Shown: piece after piece, positions 8,821 through 17,864 of the stretch
Layout of the letters: every line of letters starts with the position of its first letter
Numbering within the stretch: the stretch's first letter is position 1
Assembly: GCA_035692185.1 (NCBI GenBank)
Contig: DASSIE010000010.1
Span: forward strand, 2,879-66,878
Direction of reading: 5' to 3'
Source of the DNA: Patescibacteria group bacterium
Lineage (GTDB): Bacteria > Patescibacteriota > Microgenomatia > UBA8517
Length of the DNA: 64,000 bases
The notes under the pieces: model-generated
Told to the model about the DNA's origin: nothing
Database searches by the model: none
The model's input: only the letters and a program-made list of their open reading frames with translations
Program-made: the position numbers and the translations under genes

Positions 8821-10299
8821 ATGACAAGATTATCATACCCAAAAGTAATTGTCTTTCTTTTTGTTCTTGTCACAACCTTCATTCTTAGGGCTCATAATTA
8901 CGAAAAAGTCCCAACACCAAACCATCTTGATGAGATGTTGTATGCCTGGTCAGGCCTTAGCCTGATTGAAACTGGAACCCCAGTATCGTGGTCAACTTTG
9001 GATTATCCTAAAAGAGCTGAAGTATTCAAAGGAGTCATAAATTACAAAGGGGGGAAACCCGATGCCTCAGTTACTCTTTATAAACCTTGGTTGGACGAGC
9101 CACCTCTTTTTTCGCTCTTGGTTGGTGAATTTGCTCACTTATACCATGCAGATAGGAATCAGTTTGTTCCATCATCTTACATACGTATGCCAATGGTGAT
9201 TATTAGCACATTAACCTCAGTTTTAGTTTTTTTAATTGCATTTGAGGTTTCAGGGTTTGTAAGCGGAATTCTTGCAATGACCATATACGGGTTTACCCCA
9301 ATTTTTGTATTTGCGTCCCGTAACGCAATGCCTGAAACTTTAATTGCATTCCTTTTTGCAGTGGCGATATTTTTGATAATAAAATTTTGGAAAAATCCAA
9401 GTATTTATTATATTTTACCAATTCCAATTTTAGCTGGAATTGCTGGCCTTTCTAAACCTACCGGTTTTTTCATTATCCCAATCGCGATTTTTATGGTTTT
9501 TTGGCGAAAATATCAAGATAACCAGATTGTGTTAGGGTTAAAATATTGTACATATTTGCTTTTGGCAACTTTGCCGTTCATTGGGTTTTTCTATTGGTAC
9601 GGTTTTCATTTTGACGCTGAGATTTTTAAGATAATTACCACCATTCAGTCCAATAGGCCAGTAGGATTTGCCAGTCTTGCATGGTTTTTTATTAGTCCAG
9701 CATTTGAAACTAAGATACTGATTGATGGTTGGTATATATTTTGTTTAGTTTCAGCAATATTTTTAATGTTCTCTGCCTCTCAGTTTAGTGAGAAAGACAA
9801 ACTACGCAAAATTGTTGTTTTTGCATTTGTCTATTGGGTCAGTGTCGTAATGGTTTCGGGAGGGGAGCGAGATTTACTTCCCTGGTATAGATTTCCAATA
9901 TTCCCATTTATGGCAATTTTAGGCGCTTGGGGAATTGAATATATACTCAAGAATGTTAATTTATTTACTAGTTTTATTGCAGTTGGGCTTCTTCTAGGTA
10001 ATCGGGTGCTTCTTGTTAACGCATTTCACCCTAATATTTCTGCTACGAATTATAGAATTATTTTCGCATTATTAATGGCCCCGTCAATAATAAATACAAT
10101 ATTTCAAAAGAAATGGCTTGCAAAGCTGTCAAAATTTGTTGTTGGGTTGGCAATTATTACCGGCCTTATTATAAACTTGATATATATCTATATGGCCTTT
10201 GAAATTGAATGCCAGAGTAAGACTTGCACTTTTGTTCCAACGACACCGTTATCAGTTGTGCATTTTCCAATAATATCTAAATTTATGCCAAAATATTAA
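8821..10299 (+). CDS. GT-C (PMT_2/GT83-like) membrane glycosyltransferase
   Basis: HLDE first loop, DEPPLF, SRNAMPE, GLSKPTG, WYRFP motifs; polytopic. Confidence 0.75.
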   Translation: MTRLSYPKVIVFLFVLVTTFILRAHNYEKVPTPNHLDEMLYAWSGLSLIETGTPVSWSTLDYPKRAEVFKGVINYKGGKPDASVTLYKPWLDEPPLFSLLVGEFAHLYHADRNQFVPSSYIRMPMVIISTLTSVLVFLIAFEVSGFVSGILAMTIYGFTPIFVFASRNAMPETLIAFLFAVAIFLIIKFWKNPSIYYILPIPILAGIAGLSKPTGFFIIPIAIFMVFWRKYQDNQIVLGLKYCTYLLLATLPFIGFFYWYGFHFDAEIFKIITTIQSNRPVGFASLAWFFISPAFETKILIDGWYIFCLVSAIFLMFSASQFSEKDKLRKIVVFAFVYWVSVVMVSGGERDLLPWYRFPIFPFMAILGAWGIEYILKNVNLFTSFIAVGLLLGNRVLLVNAFHPNISATNYRIIFALLMAPSIINTIFQKKWLAKLSKFVVGLAIITGLIINLIYIYMAFEIECQSKTCTFVPTTPLSVVHFPIISKFMPKY

Positions 10300-10304
10300 C
10301 TTAT

Positions 10305-11927
10305 ATGAGAAAAATGCTTTTAATTTTAATAGTTGGAGTTGCCTTTTTTTTACGTGTTAACAAAATTACTCAAGTTCCACCTTCTTTAAACTGGGATGAA
10401 GTATCAATTGGCTATAATGCTTATTCAATACTAAAAACCGGCAGGGATGAATGGGGTAAATTTTTACCGGTTCACTTTAAGTCGTACGGGGAATATAAAT
10501 TACCCGCTCAGATATACGCTTCAATTCCGGCAATTGCAATATTTGGGCTTAATGAATTTGGCGTACGGATAACGCCGGTTATTTATGGCACTTTGACGAT
10601 ACTATTTATATATTTTTTGGTGCAGGAAATGTTTGGGAATAAGTATGTGTCATTAACTTCAGCATTTCTCCTGGCAATTTCTCCGTGGCATTTACAGCTA
10701 ACCAGGGCATCATTTGAGTCTTCATTTTCAGTTTTCTGGGTAGTTATCGGAGCATGGCTTTTTGTTAAAGGGTTCAGCGACAAAAAGTATTGGCTATGGT
10801 CGATATTGCCGTTCATTATATCAATATATACCTACAACGCCGCAAGAGTTTTTACACCGATCTTTTTATTTACAGTTTTTATTGTTTACAGAAGGGATAT
10901 CTTAAAAAATATAAAAATTGTCATTTTTGGCCTTTTAATTTTTGCGATATCGATGATTCCTCTAGCTAATTTTTTTGTAAGTGGGGAAGCTACGGCAAGA
11001 TTTAAGTTGGTTAGCATCACAAATGACCCAGGTTTTGTTTTAAGAACAAATGAGGCTAGGGGAAATACCAAGCTAGTGGCTCCGATGCCTAAATTAATCC
11101 ATAACAAAGTAACACACTATGTCTATGTATTTGTTGGAAATTATTTAAGTCATTTTTCTCCAGACTTTCTCTTCATTAGCGGCGCTGGGCATAAACAACA
11201 ACATGTGCAAGGAATTGGAGAGCTTTACTGGATTCAAGCACCATTTATACTAATTGGACTTTATTATCTTTTTAAAAATAAAAACAAATGGAGGTGGCTA
11301 ATTGTTTCATGGTTATTGATAGCATTTATTCCAGTTGCAGTTACTGTAGACAGTATTCCAAATGCATTAAGGACGATATTGGCGGTGATTCCTTACGCAA
11401 TACTCACGGCACTTGGCGTTTGGCAGATTTCTAACCATAGAATTATTATATTAGTATCACTATCAATTTTAATTATCAGCTTTTCAGGATATTTAAATAA
11501 TTACTACAACGTTTATCCAAAGAGCTATTCTCGTGACTGGCAATATGGTTACAAACAGGTAGCTTCATATATAAAAGCTAATTATAATAATTACGATTTA
11601 ATAGTTTTTAGTCGTACTTATGGGGAACCCCATATGTTTACTTTATTTTTCCTAAACTGGGATCCAGCAAGTTTCCAGAACAATCCAAATTTAGATAGAT
11701 ATGAGGCATACAGATGGATTTGGGTTTCTAAGTTCGACAAATTTTATTTCCCAGATTTAGGAGACAGTGGCACTAAATTTGAAGATGTTAAGAAGCAAAA
11801 CAAGGGTAAGAAAATACTGTTTATTGGTAAAGATGGCGATTTTCCCGACTCAGTCAAAAAATTATTGACAGTAAATTTTTTGAACGGCAATCCAGCATTT
11901 GAAATTGTTGAAATAAATGAAAAATAA
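10305..11927 (+). CDS. ArnT/PMT-like (GT83/GT39) membrane glycosyltransferase
   Basis: PPSLNWDE..GYNAYSILKTGRDEWG..GEYKLP, SPWH..TRASFE, PNALR, WQYG. Confidence 0.85.
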   Translation: MRKMLLILIVGVAFFLRVNKITQVPPSLNWDEVSIGYNAYSILKTGRDEWGKFLPVHFKSYGEYKLPAQIYASIPAIAIFGLNEFGVRITPVIYGTLTILFIYFLVQEMFGNKYVSLTSAFLLAISPWHLQLTRASFESSFSVFWVVIGAWLFVKGFSDKKYWLWSILPFIISIYTYNAARVFTPIFLFTVFIVYRRDILKNIKIVIFGLLIFAISMIPLANFFVSGEATARFKLVSITNDPGFVLRTNEARGNTKLVAPMPKLIHNKVTHYVYVFVGNYLSHFSPDFLFISGAGHKQQHVQGIGELYWIQAPFILIGLYYLFKNKNKWRWLIVSWLLIAFIPVAVTVDSIPNALRTILAVIPYAILTALGVWQISNHRIIILVSLSILIISFSGYLNNYYNVYPKSYSRDWQYGYKQVASYIKANYNNYDLIVFSRTYGEPHMFTLFFLNWDPASFQNNPNLDRYEAYRWIWVSKFDKFYFPDLGDSGTKFEDVKKQNKGKKILFIGKDGDFPDSVKKLLTVNFLNGNPAFEIVEINEK

Positions 11928-13263
11928 TTTTATTTTCGCCTTTGTTTTATTTTTATTTCTTGTCTCAAGAATTTATGGAATTGCAGAAATTCCAAAGTCT
12001 GTATATTGGGATGAGGCATCAATTGGATATAATGCATTTTCAATTGCAACTGACTTAAAAGATGAATGGGGAGAAAAGTTGCCATTACATTTTCGAGCAT
12101 TTGGAGAATTTAAACTCCCAGTTTATATTTATACGGTAGCGATTTTTGTAAAAGCAATTGGATTAAATGAATATGCAATAAGACTTCCGGCAGTTTTTTA
12201 TTCATTGGGCTCATTGATACTTGTCTATTTATTAACAAAAAAAATTACAGACAATGAACACACTGCAATTTTTGCAAGTTTTATTCTTATTTTTTCCCCT
12301 TGGTTTTTTATATTTTCAAGAACCGGGTATGAGACAACGGCAGGCCTTTTTTTCTTCTTGTTAGGAACCTACCTTTTTCTTGAGCATACCAAAAAGGGTA
12401 TTTATATTCTCTTTGGAATAATGTCTTTCATTTTGTCATTTTATAGCTATAACTCTTTTAGAGTTATTATCCCGATATGGTTAAGTTTAATGCTGATTTA
12501 CACATACAGTAAAAAGAACATCCCTATAATTATTATTTCGATATCAATTTTTTTGGTTAGTTTAATTCCTGTTTATAGACTTTATAAATTTGATTCGGGG
12601 GGTGCTCGCTTCGCCCAAGTTGAAATTACTAGCAAATTTGATTTTATTAAAAATTATGTTGCCCATTTTTCTCCAAACTTTCTTTTTCTAAAAGGGGACA
12701 CAAATCCTCGCAGCCAAATTCCGGGTCATGGTCAACTTTATTTGTTTGAATTACCACTTTTGCTCCTTGGTTTAGTTGCAATCATTAAGAGCAAAAAAGC
12801 ATTATATTACATACCTTTAATAATTCTTATTTTGGCTCCAATTCCGGCCTCTCTCACTCGTGAGTCGCCACATGCATTAAGATCCCTTCTCGCGGCTCCT
12901 GCTTTTGCAATGATGTCCGCATTAGGAATATATTTTCTGGCGGCCCATTTTAAAAAATACTCAAGCCTAATTGTCTTATTTGTAATAATTTGTTATTACC
13001 TATCCTTTGAGTCATACATGACATCTTTTATAACAAAATACCCATCTCTTTCTGCTTCTGATTGGCAATATCAGTATAAAGAGATATTTGCGACGCAAAA
13101 AAGTGGTAATGTTTCAGATAAATATGCTCAGCCATATATTTTTGCCCTTTATTATTTAAAGTACCCTCCTCAAAAGTTTAGAGATGAAGTTAAATTAAAC
13201 CCAATTAACGATTGGGGGTTTTCTAAAGTCTCATCATTTAACGGATTCAAATTTATAAAATGA
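11917..13263 (+). CDS. ArnT/PMT-like (GT83/GT39) membrane glycosyltransferase
   Basis: SVYWDE..GYNA..DEWG..GEFKLP, SRTGYE, GDTNPR, PHALR, WQY. Confidence 0.85.
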   Translation: MKNNFIFAFVLFLFLVSRIYGIAEIPKSVYWDEASIGYNAFSIATDLKDEWGEKLPLHFRAFGEFKLPVYIYTVAIFVKAIGLNEYAIRLPAVFYSLGSLILVYLLTKKITDNEHTAIFASFILIFSPWFFIFSRTGYETTAGLFFFLLGTYLFLEHTKKGIYILFGIMSFILSFYSYNSFRVIIPIWLSLMLIYTYSKKNIPIIIISISIFLVSLIPVYRLYKFDSGGARFAQVEITSKFDFIKNYVAHFSPNFLFLKGDTNPRSQIPGHGQLYLFELPLLLLGLVAIIKSKKALYYIPLIILILAPIPASLTRESPHALRSLLAAPAFAMMSALGIYFLAAHFKKYSSLIVLFVIICYYLSFESYMTSFITKYPSLSASDWQYQYKEIFATQKSGNVSDKYAQPYIFALYYLKYPPQKFRDEVKLNPINDWGFSKVSSFNGFKFIK

Positions 13264-14825
13264 ATAAACTGAAACTAGTTGCCTTATTTTTTATTTTTAT
13301 TTTGGCTGCTGTTTTAAGGTTTTATAAAATTGACAAAGTTCCAGCCTCGCTTAATTGGGATGAGGTAGCGGCTGGTTATAATGCTTACACAATTGCCAAT
13401 TGGGGAGCGGATGAGTATGGTAAAAAGTTCCCAATAGTTTTTAAAAATTTTGGAGACGACAAACACCCTGTTCATATCTATATTACCGCGGCAGTTGTGA
13501 AAATATTTGGATTTTCAGATTATTCAACTCGTGCAGGTAGTGCACTTGTCGGCATGCTTATGGTTGTTGCAATTTATTTTCTTGCAAAAGAAATATTTAA
13601 AAGTGAACTCGCGGGAATTTTATCAAGTTTATTTTTTGCGGTTTCTCCATATGCAATACATTTTTCTAGAGGTTTATGGGAAGCAAATTTTGCGCTTTTT
13701 TTTATGGTTGCCGGAGTTACCGCTTTTTACTTAGGACTTAGGAAACAAAATTTTCTTATTCCGTTATCGTTTTTATTTTGGGGATTATCTTTTTTTTCGT
13801 ATCATTCCGCAAAAATTGTTGTTCCTCCATTAGTTTTATTTCTACTAGTAACTCATTTTAAAGAATTTATTATAAATAAAAAAAATTTGCTTTGGGCGAT
13901 ACTAATAACAATATTTTTTGCAGGCCTCATTATAAAGGAGCCTAGAATATTAGGATTTGCCAGAATTAATCAAACAAGATTTCCTGAAGAAGTAACTCAA
14001 AAATATGGTGGTGAGTTTGGAACAATTGCCCACAATTATAAAGACTATTTTACATATTCATATTTATTTGAAAAGGGAGATCAAACCCCAAGAGGTTCGG
14101 TAAAAGTGATTGGCGAATTTTACAGAATAGATTTTATTCTTTCTCTTGTTGGACTTTCTGTTCTTTTTGTCAAAAAGAAATGGGAAGTTTTGACTATTTT
14201 GTTTTCCTGGCTGTTACTCGCCCCAATTCCAGGTGCTGTATCTTCGGTTGACCCAGGTGCAACAAGGGGGATATTTATGCTAGCCCCGATTTTACTCCTT
14301 TCTGCATATGGAGCAACATCAATTGTACAAATGTTAAAACAAAATTGGGCAAAGTATTTATCAATTGTAGTTATATTAATATTTTTGGGATGGGAAGCTT
14401 TAAACTTTATAAATTACTATTTCAATACTTATCCCGTAAAAGATGCCATTGAATGGCAATATGGGATGAAAGACTCAGTTGCCTATGCTCAGAAGCACTC
14501 CGATTATAGCCTTGTATATATGGACAAAATAAGACAACAGCCATATATTTTCTTCCTTTATTACTTAAAAGTCCCACTTCCCGAGCTCTTGCGTTCGGTT
14601 AAATATGACCAAACAATATCTAGTAGTTACAATACAGTCTCTTCTTTTGGAAAGTACAATTTTGGAAATTGGGATCCAATAGAAAGTTATCCTTCTGCTG
14701 ATATTTTATACATTATTACACCCAGTTTTTATTCAGGGCTAAGATATATATCAAGCTTTGTCGTCCGCAAACTGGTAAAATATCCAGACGGCACTGATGC
14801 CTTCTATTTAGTATCTGGAAAATGA
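13260..14825 (+). CDS. ArnT/PMT-like (GT83/GT39) membrane glycosyltransferase
   Basis: SLNWDE..GYNAY..DEYG..GDDKHP, SRGLWE, WQYG. Confidence 0.85.
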   Translation: MNKLKLVALFFIFILAAVLRFYKIDKVPASLNWDEVAAGYNAYTIANWGADEYGKKFPIVFKNFGDDKHPVHIYITAAVVKIFGFSDYSTRAGSALVGMLMVVAIYFLAKEIFKSELAGILSSLFFAVSPYAIHFSRGLWEANFALFFMVAGVTAFYLGLRKQNFLIPLSFLFWGLSFFSYHSAKIVVPPLVLFLLVTHFKEFIINKKNLLWAILITIFFAGLIIKEPRILGFARINQTRFPEEVTQKYGGEFGTIAHNYKDYFTYSYLFEKGDQTPRGSVKVIGEFYRIDFILSLVGLSVLFVKKKWEVLTILFSWLLLAPIPGAVSSVDPGATRGIFMLAPILLLSAYGATSIVQMLKQNWAKYLSIVVILIFLGWEALNFINYYFNTYPVKDAIEWQYGMKDSVAYAQKHSDYSLVYMDKIRQQPYIFFLYYLKVPLPELLRSVKYDQTISSSYNTVSSFGKYNFGNWDPIESYPSADILYIITPSFYSGLRYISSFVVRKLVKYPDGTDAFYLVSGK

Positions 14826-15682
14826 AGAAACTCTCAATAGTACTGGCTACAAGAAATGAGCAAGAAAACTTAGCAAGATGTCTGGAGTCTGTTAAGGGGT
14901 TTGCAGATGAAATTATTGTTGTAGATGAATACTCTACAGACAAAACAGTTGAAATTGCCAAAAAATACGGGGCAAAAGTTTTTCTTGAACCACATCATGC
15001 TGTTTTTCATATAACAAAGCAAAAAGCATTAGATAAGGCTACGGGGGAGTGGGTACTCCAACTTGATGCAGACGAAGTGATATCTGATGAGCTTGCAAAA
15101 GAGATTAAATTAGCCATTAGCCATCAGTCATTAGCCATTAGCCCCAAAAAACAAAGACTGTTTAATCGACACCAAAGATTAATAGAAAATAGAGACGGTC
15201 TGATAGGTAAAAAAACTGGGGAGATAGTGGGCTATTTTATTGCACGGCGCAACATGTTTTTAGGTAAACCATTAATTCATGGTGGTGTATACCCCGATGG
15301 TGTTATAAGGCTTGTGAAAAATGGCAAGGCACATTTTCCTCAAAAGTCAGTTCATGAACAGATAGAGCTTGATGGAGAAGTCTATTGGCTTTCAAACGAC
15401 ATGTTGCATTACGACTCTCCAACTTTTGAAAGGTACCTCACCCGTTTAAACAGATATACAGATTTGCAGGCAGTCGAGTTAGAAGAAAATAAAGTCTCAA
15501 AAGGATTTTTCGGTCTTTTTCAATATACAATATACAAACCCCTGTATACCTTTTTAAATTTATACATTCGTCACCTTGGTTTCCTTGACGGTATGCGCGG
15601 TTTTGTGTGGGCATTATTTTCATCACTGCGTTATCCAATAGCATATTTTAAATATTGGGTAGAGAAAGGTAAAGACAAATGA
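14822..15682 (+). CDS. GT2 glycosyltransferase (WaaE/KdtX-like)
   Basis: SIVLATRNE, VVDEYSTD, LDADE, VHE, YFKY; paralog of 56513..57238. Confidence 0.85.
   Translation: MKKLSIVLATRNEQENLARCLESVKGFADEIIVVDEYSTDKTVEIAKKYGAKVFLEPHHAVFHITKQKALDKATGEWVLQLDADEVISDELAKEIKLAISHQSLAISPKKQRLFNRHQRLIENRDGLIGKKTGEIVGYFIARRNMFLGKPLIHGGVYPDGVIRLVKNGKAHFPQKSVHEQIELDGEVYWLSNDMLHYDSPTFERYLTRLNRYTDLQAVELEENKVSKGFFGLFQYTIYKPLYTFLNLYIRHLGFLDGMRGFVWALFSSLRYPIAYFKYWVEKGKDK
15109..15143 (+). repeat. Heptamer tandem repeat (ATTAGCC)x5 inside CDS
   Basis: ATTAGCC ATTAGCC ATCAGTC ATTAGCC ATTAGCC; encodes LAISHQSLAIS. Confidence 0.85.
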
Positions 15683-16686
15683 AAATAGCAATCGATAGCA
15701 GTCCGCTTACAAGTGGACATAAGATTAGAGGAGTAGGTTTTTATACTAGAAATTTAATAGCAGCGCTTGGAGACAATGTTGAGGCTGTTGATTTTAGTAA
15801 AGCAAATTTGAGTAAATACGATGTTATTCATCTACCATATTTTAATCCATTTTTTATCGACATACCTTTTGTTACTAAGCCAAAGTTAGTAGTAACAATT
15901 CATGACACAATTCCGTTGATCTATCCGGATATTTACAAACCTGGAATAAAGGGAAGAATTAGATTTTTTATTAATAAGTTAATCCTCAAAAGGGTAAGCG
16001 CGGTAATAACTCTTACAGAAACCTCCAAAAAAGATATCGTTAGGTTATTGGGAATTCCCGCTAAAAAAGTTTTTCCAATTTTCTTAGCTCCGGCGGTAAG
16101 GCCGAAAATTGTAAATAACGAGAAAGATAGGATTAGGAGGAAATATAATCTTCCTGAAAAATATGCTTTCTATGTAGGTGATATAAACTATGTAAAAAAC
16201 ATTCCAAGGATGGTGGAAGCTTGTAAAAAGGCGAAAATAGTACTTGTCATGTCTGGTAAACAAGTAAAAGACATAGAAAATCAAGATTTAAATCACCCAG
16301 AATTAGCGCATCTAAAAGGTATCAATTGGTCAGGGGTTATTAGGTTGGGGTATGCCCCAGATGAGGATGTGCCTGTGATATTTAGCATGGCAAGCGTCTT
16401 TGTACACCCCGCTTTGTATGAAGGCTTTGGTATAACAATAATAGAGGCAATGTCGTATGGAGTTCCGGTGGTTGCTGGTAAGGCACAGGCCTTAGTAGAA
16501 ATAGGTCAAGGCGGTTGTCTGTTCGCCAATCCAAAAAGTACCAACGACATCTCTGAAAAAATATCTGAAGTTCTTACAAACAAAACTCTTAGAAACCAAT
16601 TAATTGAAAGTGGAAAAGTGCTTGCTAAAAGTTACTCTTGGGAGAAAACTGCAAAAGAAACTTTAGAAGTTTACCGCCATGTATAA
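15679..16686 (+). CDS. GT4 glycosyltransferase (mannosyltransferase-like)
   Basis: MKIAID, RGVGFY, TIHD, YEGFGITIIEAM, YSWEKTA. Confidence 0.9.
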   Translation: MKIAIDSSPLTSGHKIRGVGFYTRNLIAALGDNVEAVDFSKANLSKYDVIHLPYFNPFFIDIPFVTKPKLVVTIHDTIPLIYPDIYKPGIKGRIRFFINKLILKRVSAVITLTETSKKDIVRLLGIPAKKVFPIFLAPAVRPKIVNNEKDRIRRKYNLPEKYAFYVGDINYVKNIPRMVEACKKAKIVLVMSGKQVKDIENQDLNHPELAHLKGINWSGVIRLGYAPDEDVPVIFSMASVFVHPALYEGFGITIIEAMSYGVPVVAGKAQALVEIGQGGCLFANPKSTNDISEKISEVLTNKTLRNQLIESGKVLAKSYSWEKTAKETLEVYRHV

Positions 16687-17824
16687 AAAAATCACTCTTT
16701 CGTTTTTGATTTGGCGTGTTGCACTTTTTTTAATTGCTTTTTTGGCTATTTATATTATCCCTGTCTATGGTGCTAGATTTCCGTATGTAGATAGGGTATT
16801 GGAAATTACACACCTTCCAAACTGGATTTGGGGATTTGGTGGTTTTGATGGTGTTCATTATCTTCGTATTGCCCAAGATGGTTATTTTGCTCAATTTTCA
16901 CAGGCATTTTTCCCATTATTTCCAATTTTGATTAAGGTTTTTTCATCTATTTTCCCGAGAGTTCCCAATCTTGATACCAATATTTTTACAGACCCTGCAT
17001 ATTTTTATTCAGGATTGATTCTCGCTAATTCATTTTTTCTCGGTTCCCTTTATATTTTATACAAGTTAATACTTATTGATTTCAAGAAGGATGTAGCATT
17101 TTTGACAATTATCCTACTTTTAGTATTTCCAACTTCTTTTTATTTCGGCGCGGTTTACACTGAGTCACTATTTTTGCTTCTCGCAGTGTTATCTGTTTAC
17201 CTTGTTAGGAAGAATAACTTCTTTTGGGCGGCTGTTCTAATTTCACTTGCAACTGCAACAAGAGTTTTTGGTGTGTTACTAATTCCTTTGTATATCATTG
17301 AAGTTGTTAAAAATAAAAATAAACTGAATTATCTTTGGACATTAATCACCCCTCTAGGCATATTGAGCTATATGTATTTTTTAAAAACTGAATTTAATAA
17401 TCCAATTTCTTTTTTAACAAGTCAGCCACTTTTTGGCGCTGGTCGTTCTGGAGGAGAAATAATTCTATTGCCCCAAGTCATATACAGATACTTAAAGATA
17501 TTTGTATCGATTGATCTATCTACATTAGGTTTTTTAAATGCATTTTTAGAATTTACATTTGCGCTCGTTCCATTGACATTTCTGATAGTATTTTTTAAGA
17601 AAATGAGGTTAAGTTACTGGATTTTTTCAGTTGGTACACTTTTGTTGCCAACATTCACTGGAACGTTTTCATCCATGCCAAGATATGTCCTAATCCCTAT
17701 GGTTTTACTTTTCCCAACTCTAATTATCCGATTTAGAAAGTATATTAAACCTGCTATTCTTATTTCTTGTATCCTAGGAGTTATCCTGACAATTTTATTT
17801 ATCAGAGGCTATTGGGTTGCATGA
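16679..17824 (+). CDS. PIG-V/GT76-like membrane mannosyltransferase
   Basis: FDGVHYLRIAQDGY, AFFPLFP, YTESLF, ATRVFG, SMPRY motifs. Confidence 0.8.
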   Translation: MYKKITLSFLIWRVALFLIAFLAIYIIPVYGARFPYVDRVLEITHLPNWIWGFGGFDGVHYLRIAQDGYFAQFSQAFFPLFPILIKVFSSIFPRVPNLDTNIFTDPAYFYSGLILANSFFLGSLYILYKLILIDFKKDVAFLTIILLLVFPTSFYFGAVYTESLFLLLAVLSVYLVRKNNFFWAAVLISLATATRVFGVLLIPLYIIEVVKNKNKLNYLWTLITPLGILSYMYFLKTEFNNPISFLTSQPLFGAGRSGGEIILLPQVIYRYLKIFVSIDLSTLGFLNAFLEFTFALVPLTFLIVFFKKMRLSYWIFSVGTLLLPTFTGTFSSMPRYVLIPMVLLFPTLIIRFRKYIKPAILISCILGVILTILFIRGYWVA

Positions 17825-17826
17825 TT

Positions 17827-17864
17827 ATGAGTGTTTACAAATGATGAGTGTTTACAAATGATGA
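17827..17864 (+). repeat. 17-bp tandem duplication (ATGAGTGTTTACAAATG x2) encoding two MSVYK mini-ORFs
   Basis: Exact copies at 17827-17843 and 17844-17860, followed by ATGA. Confidence 0.9.
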
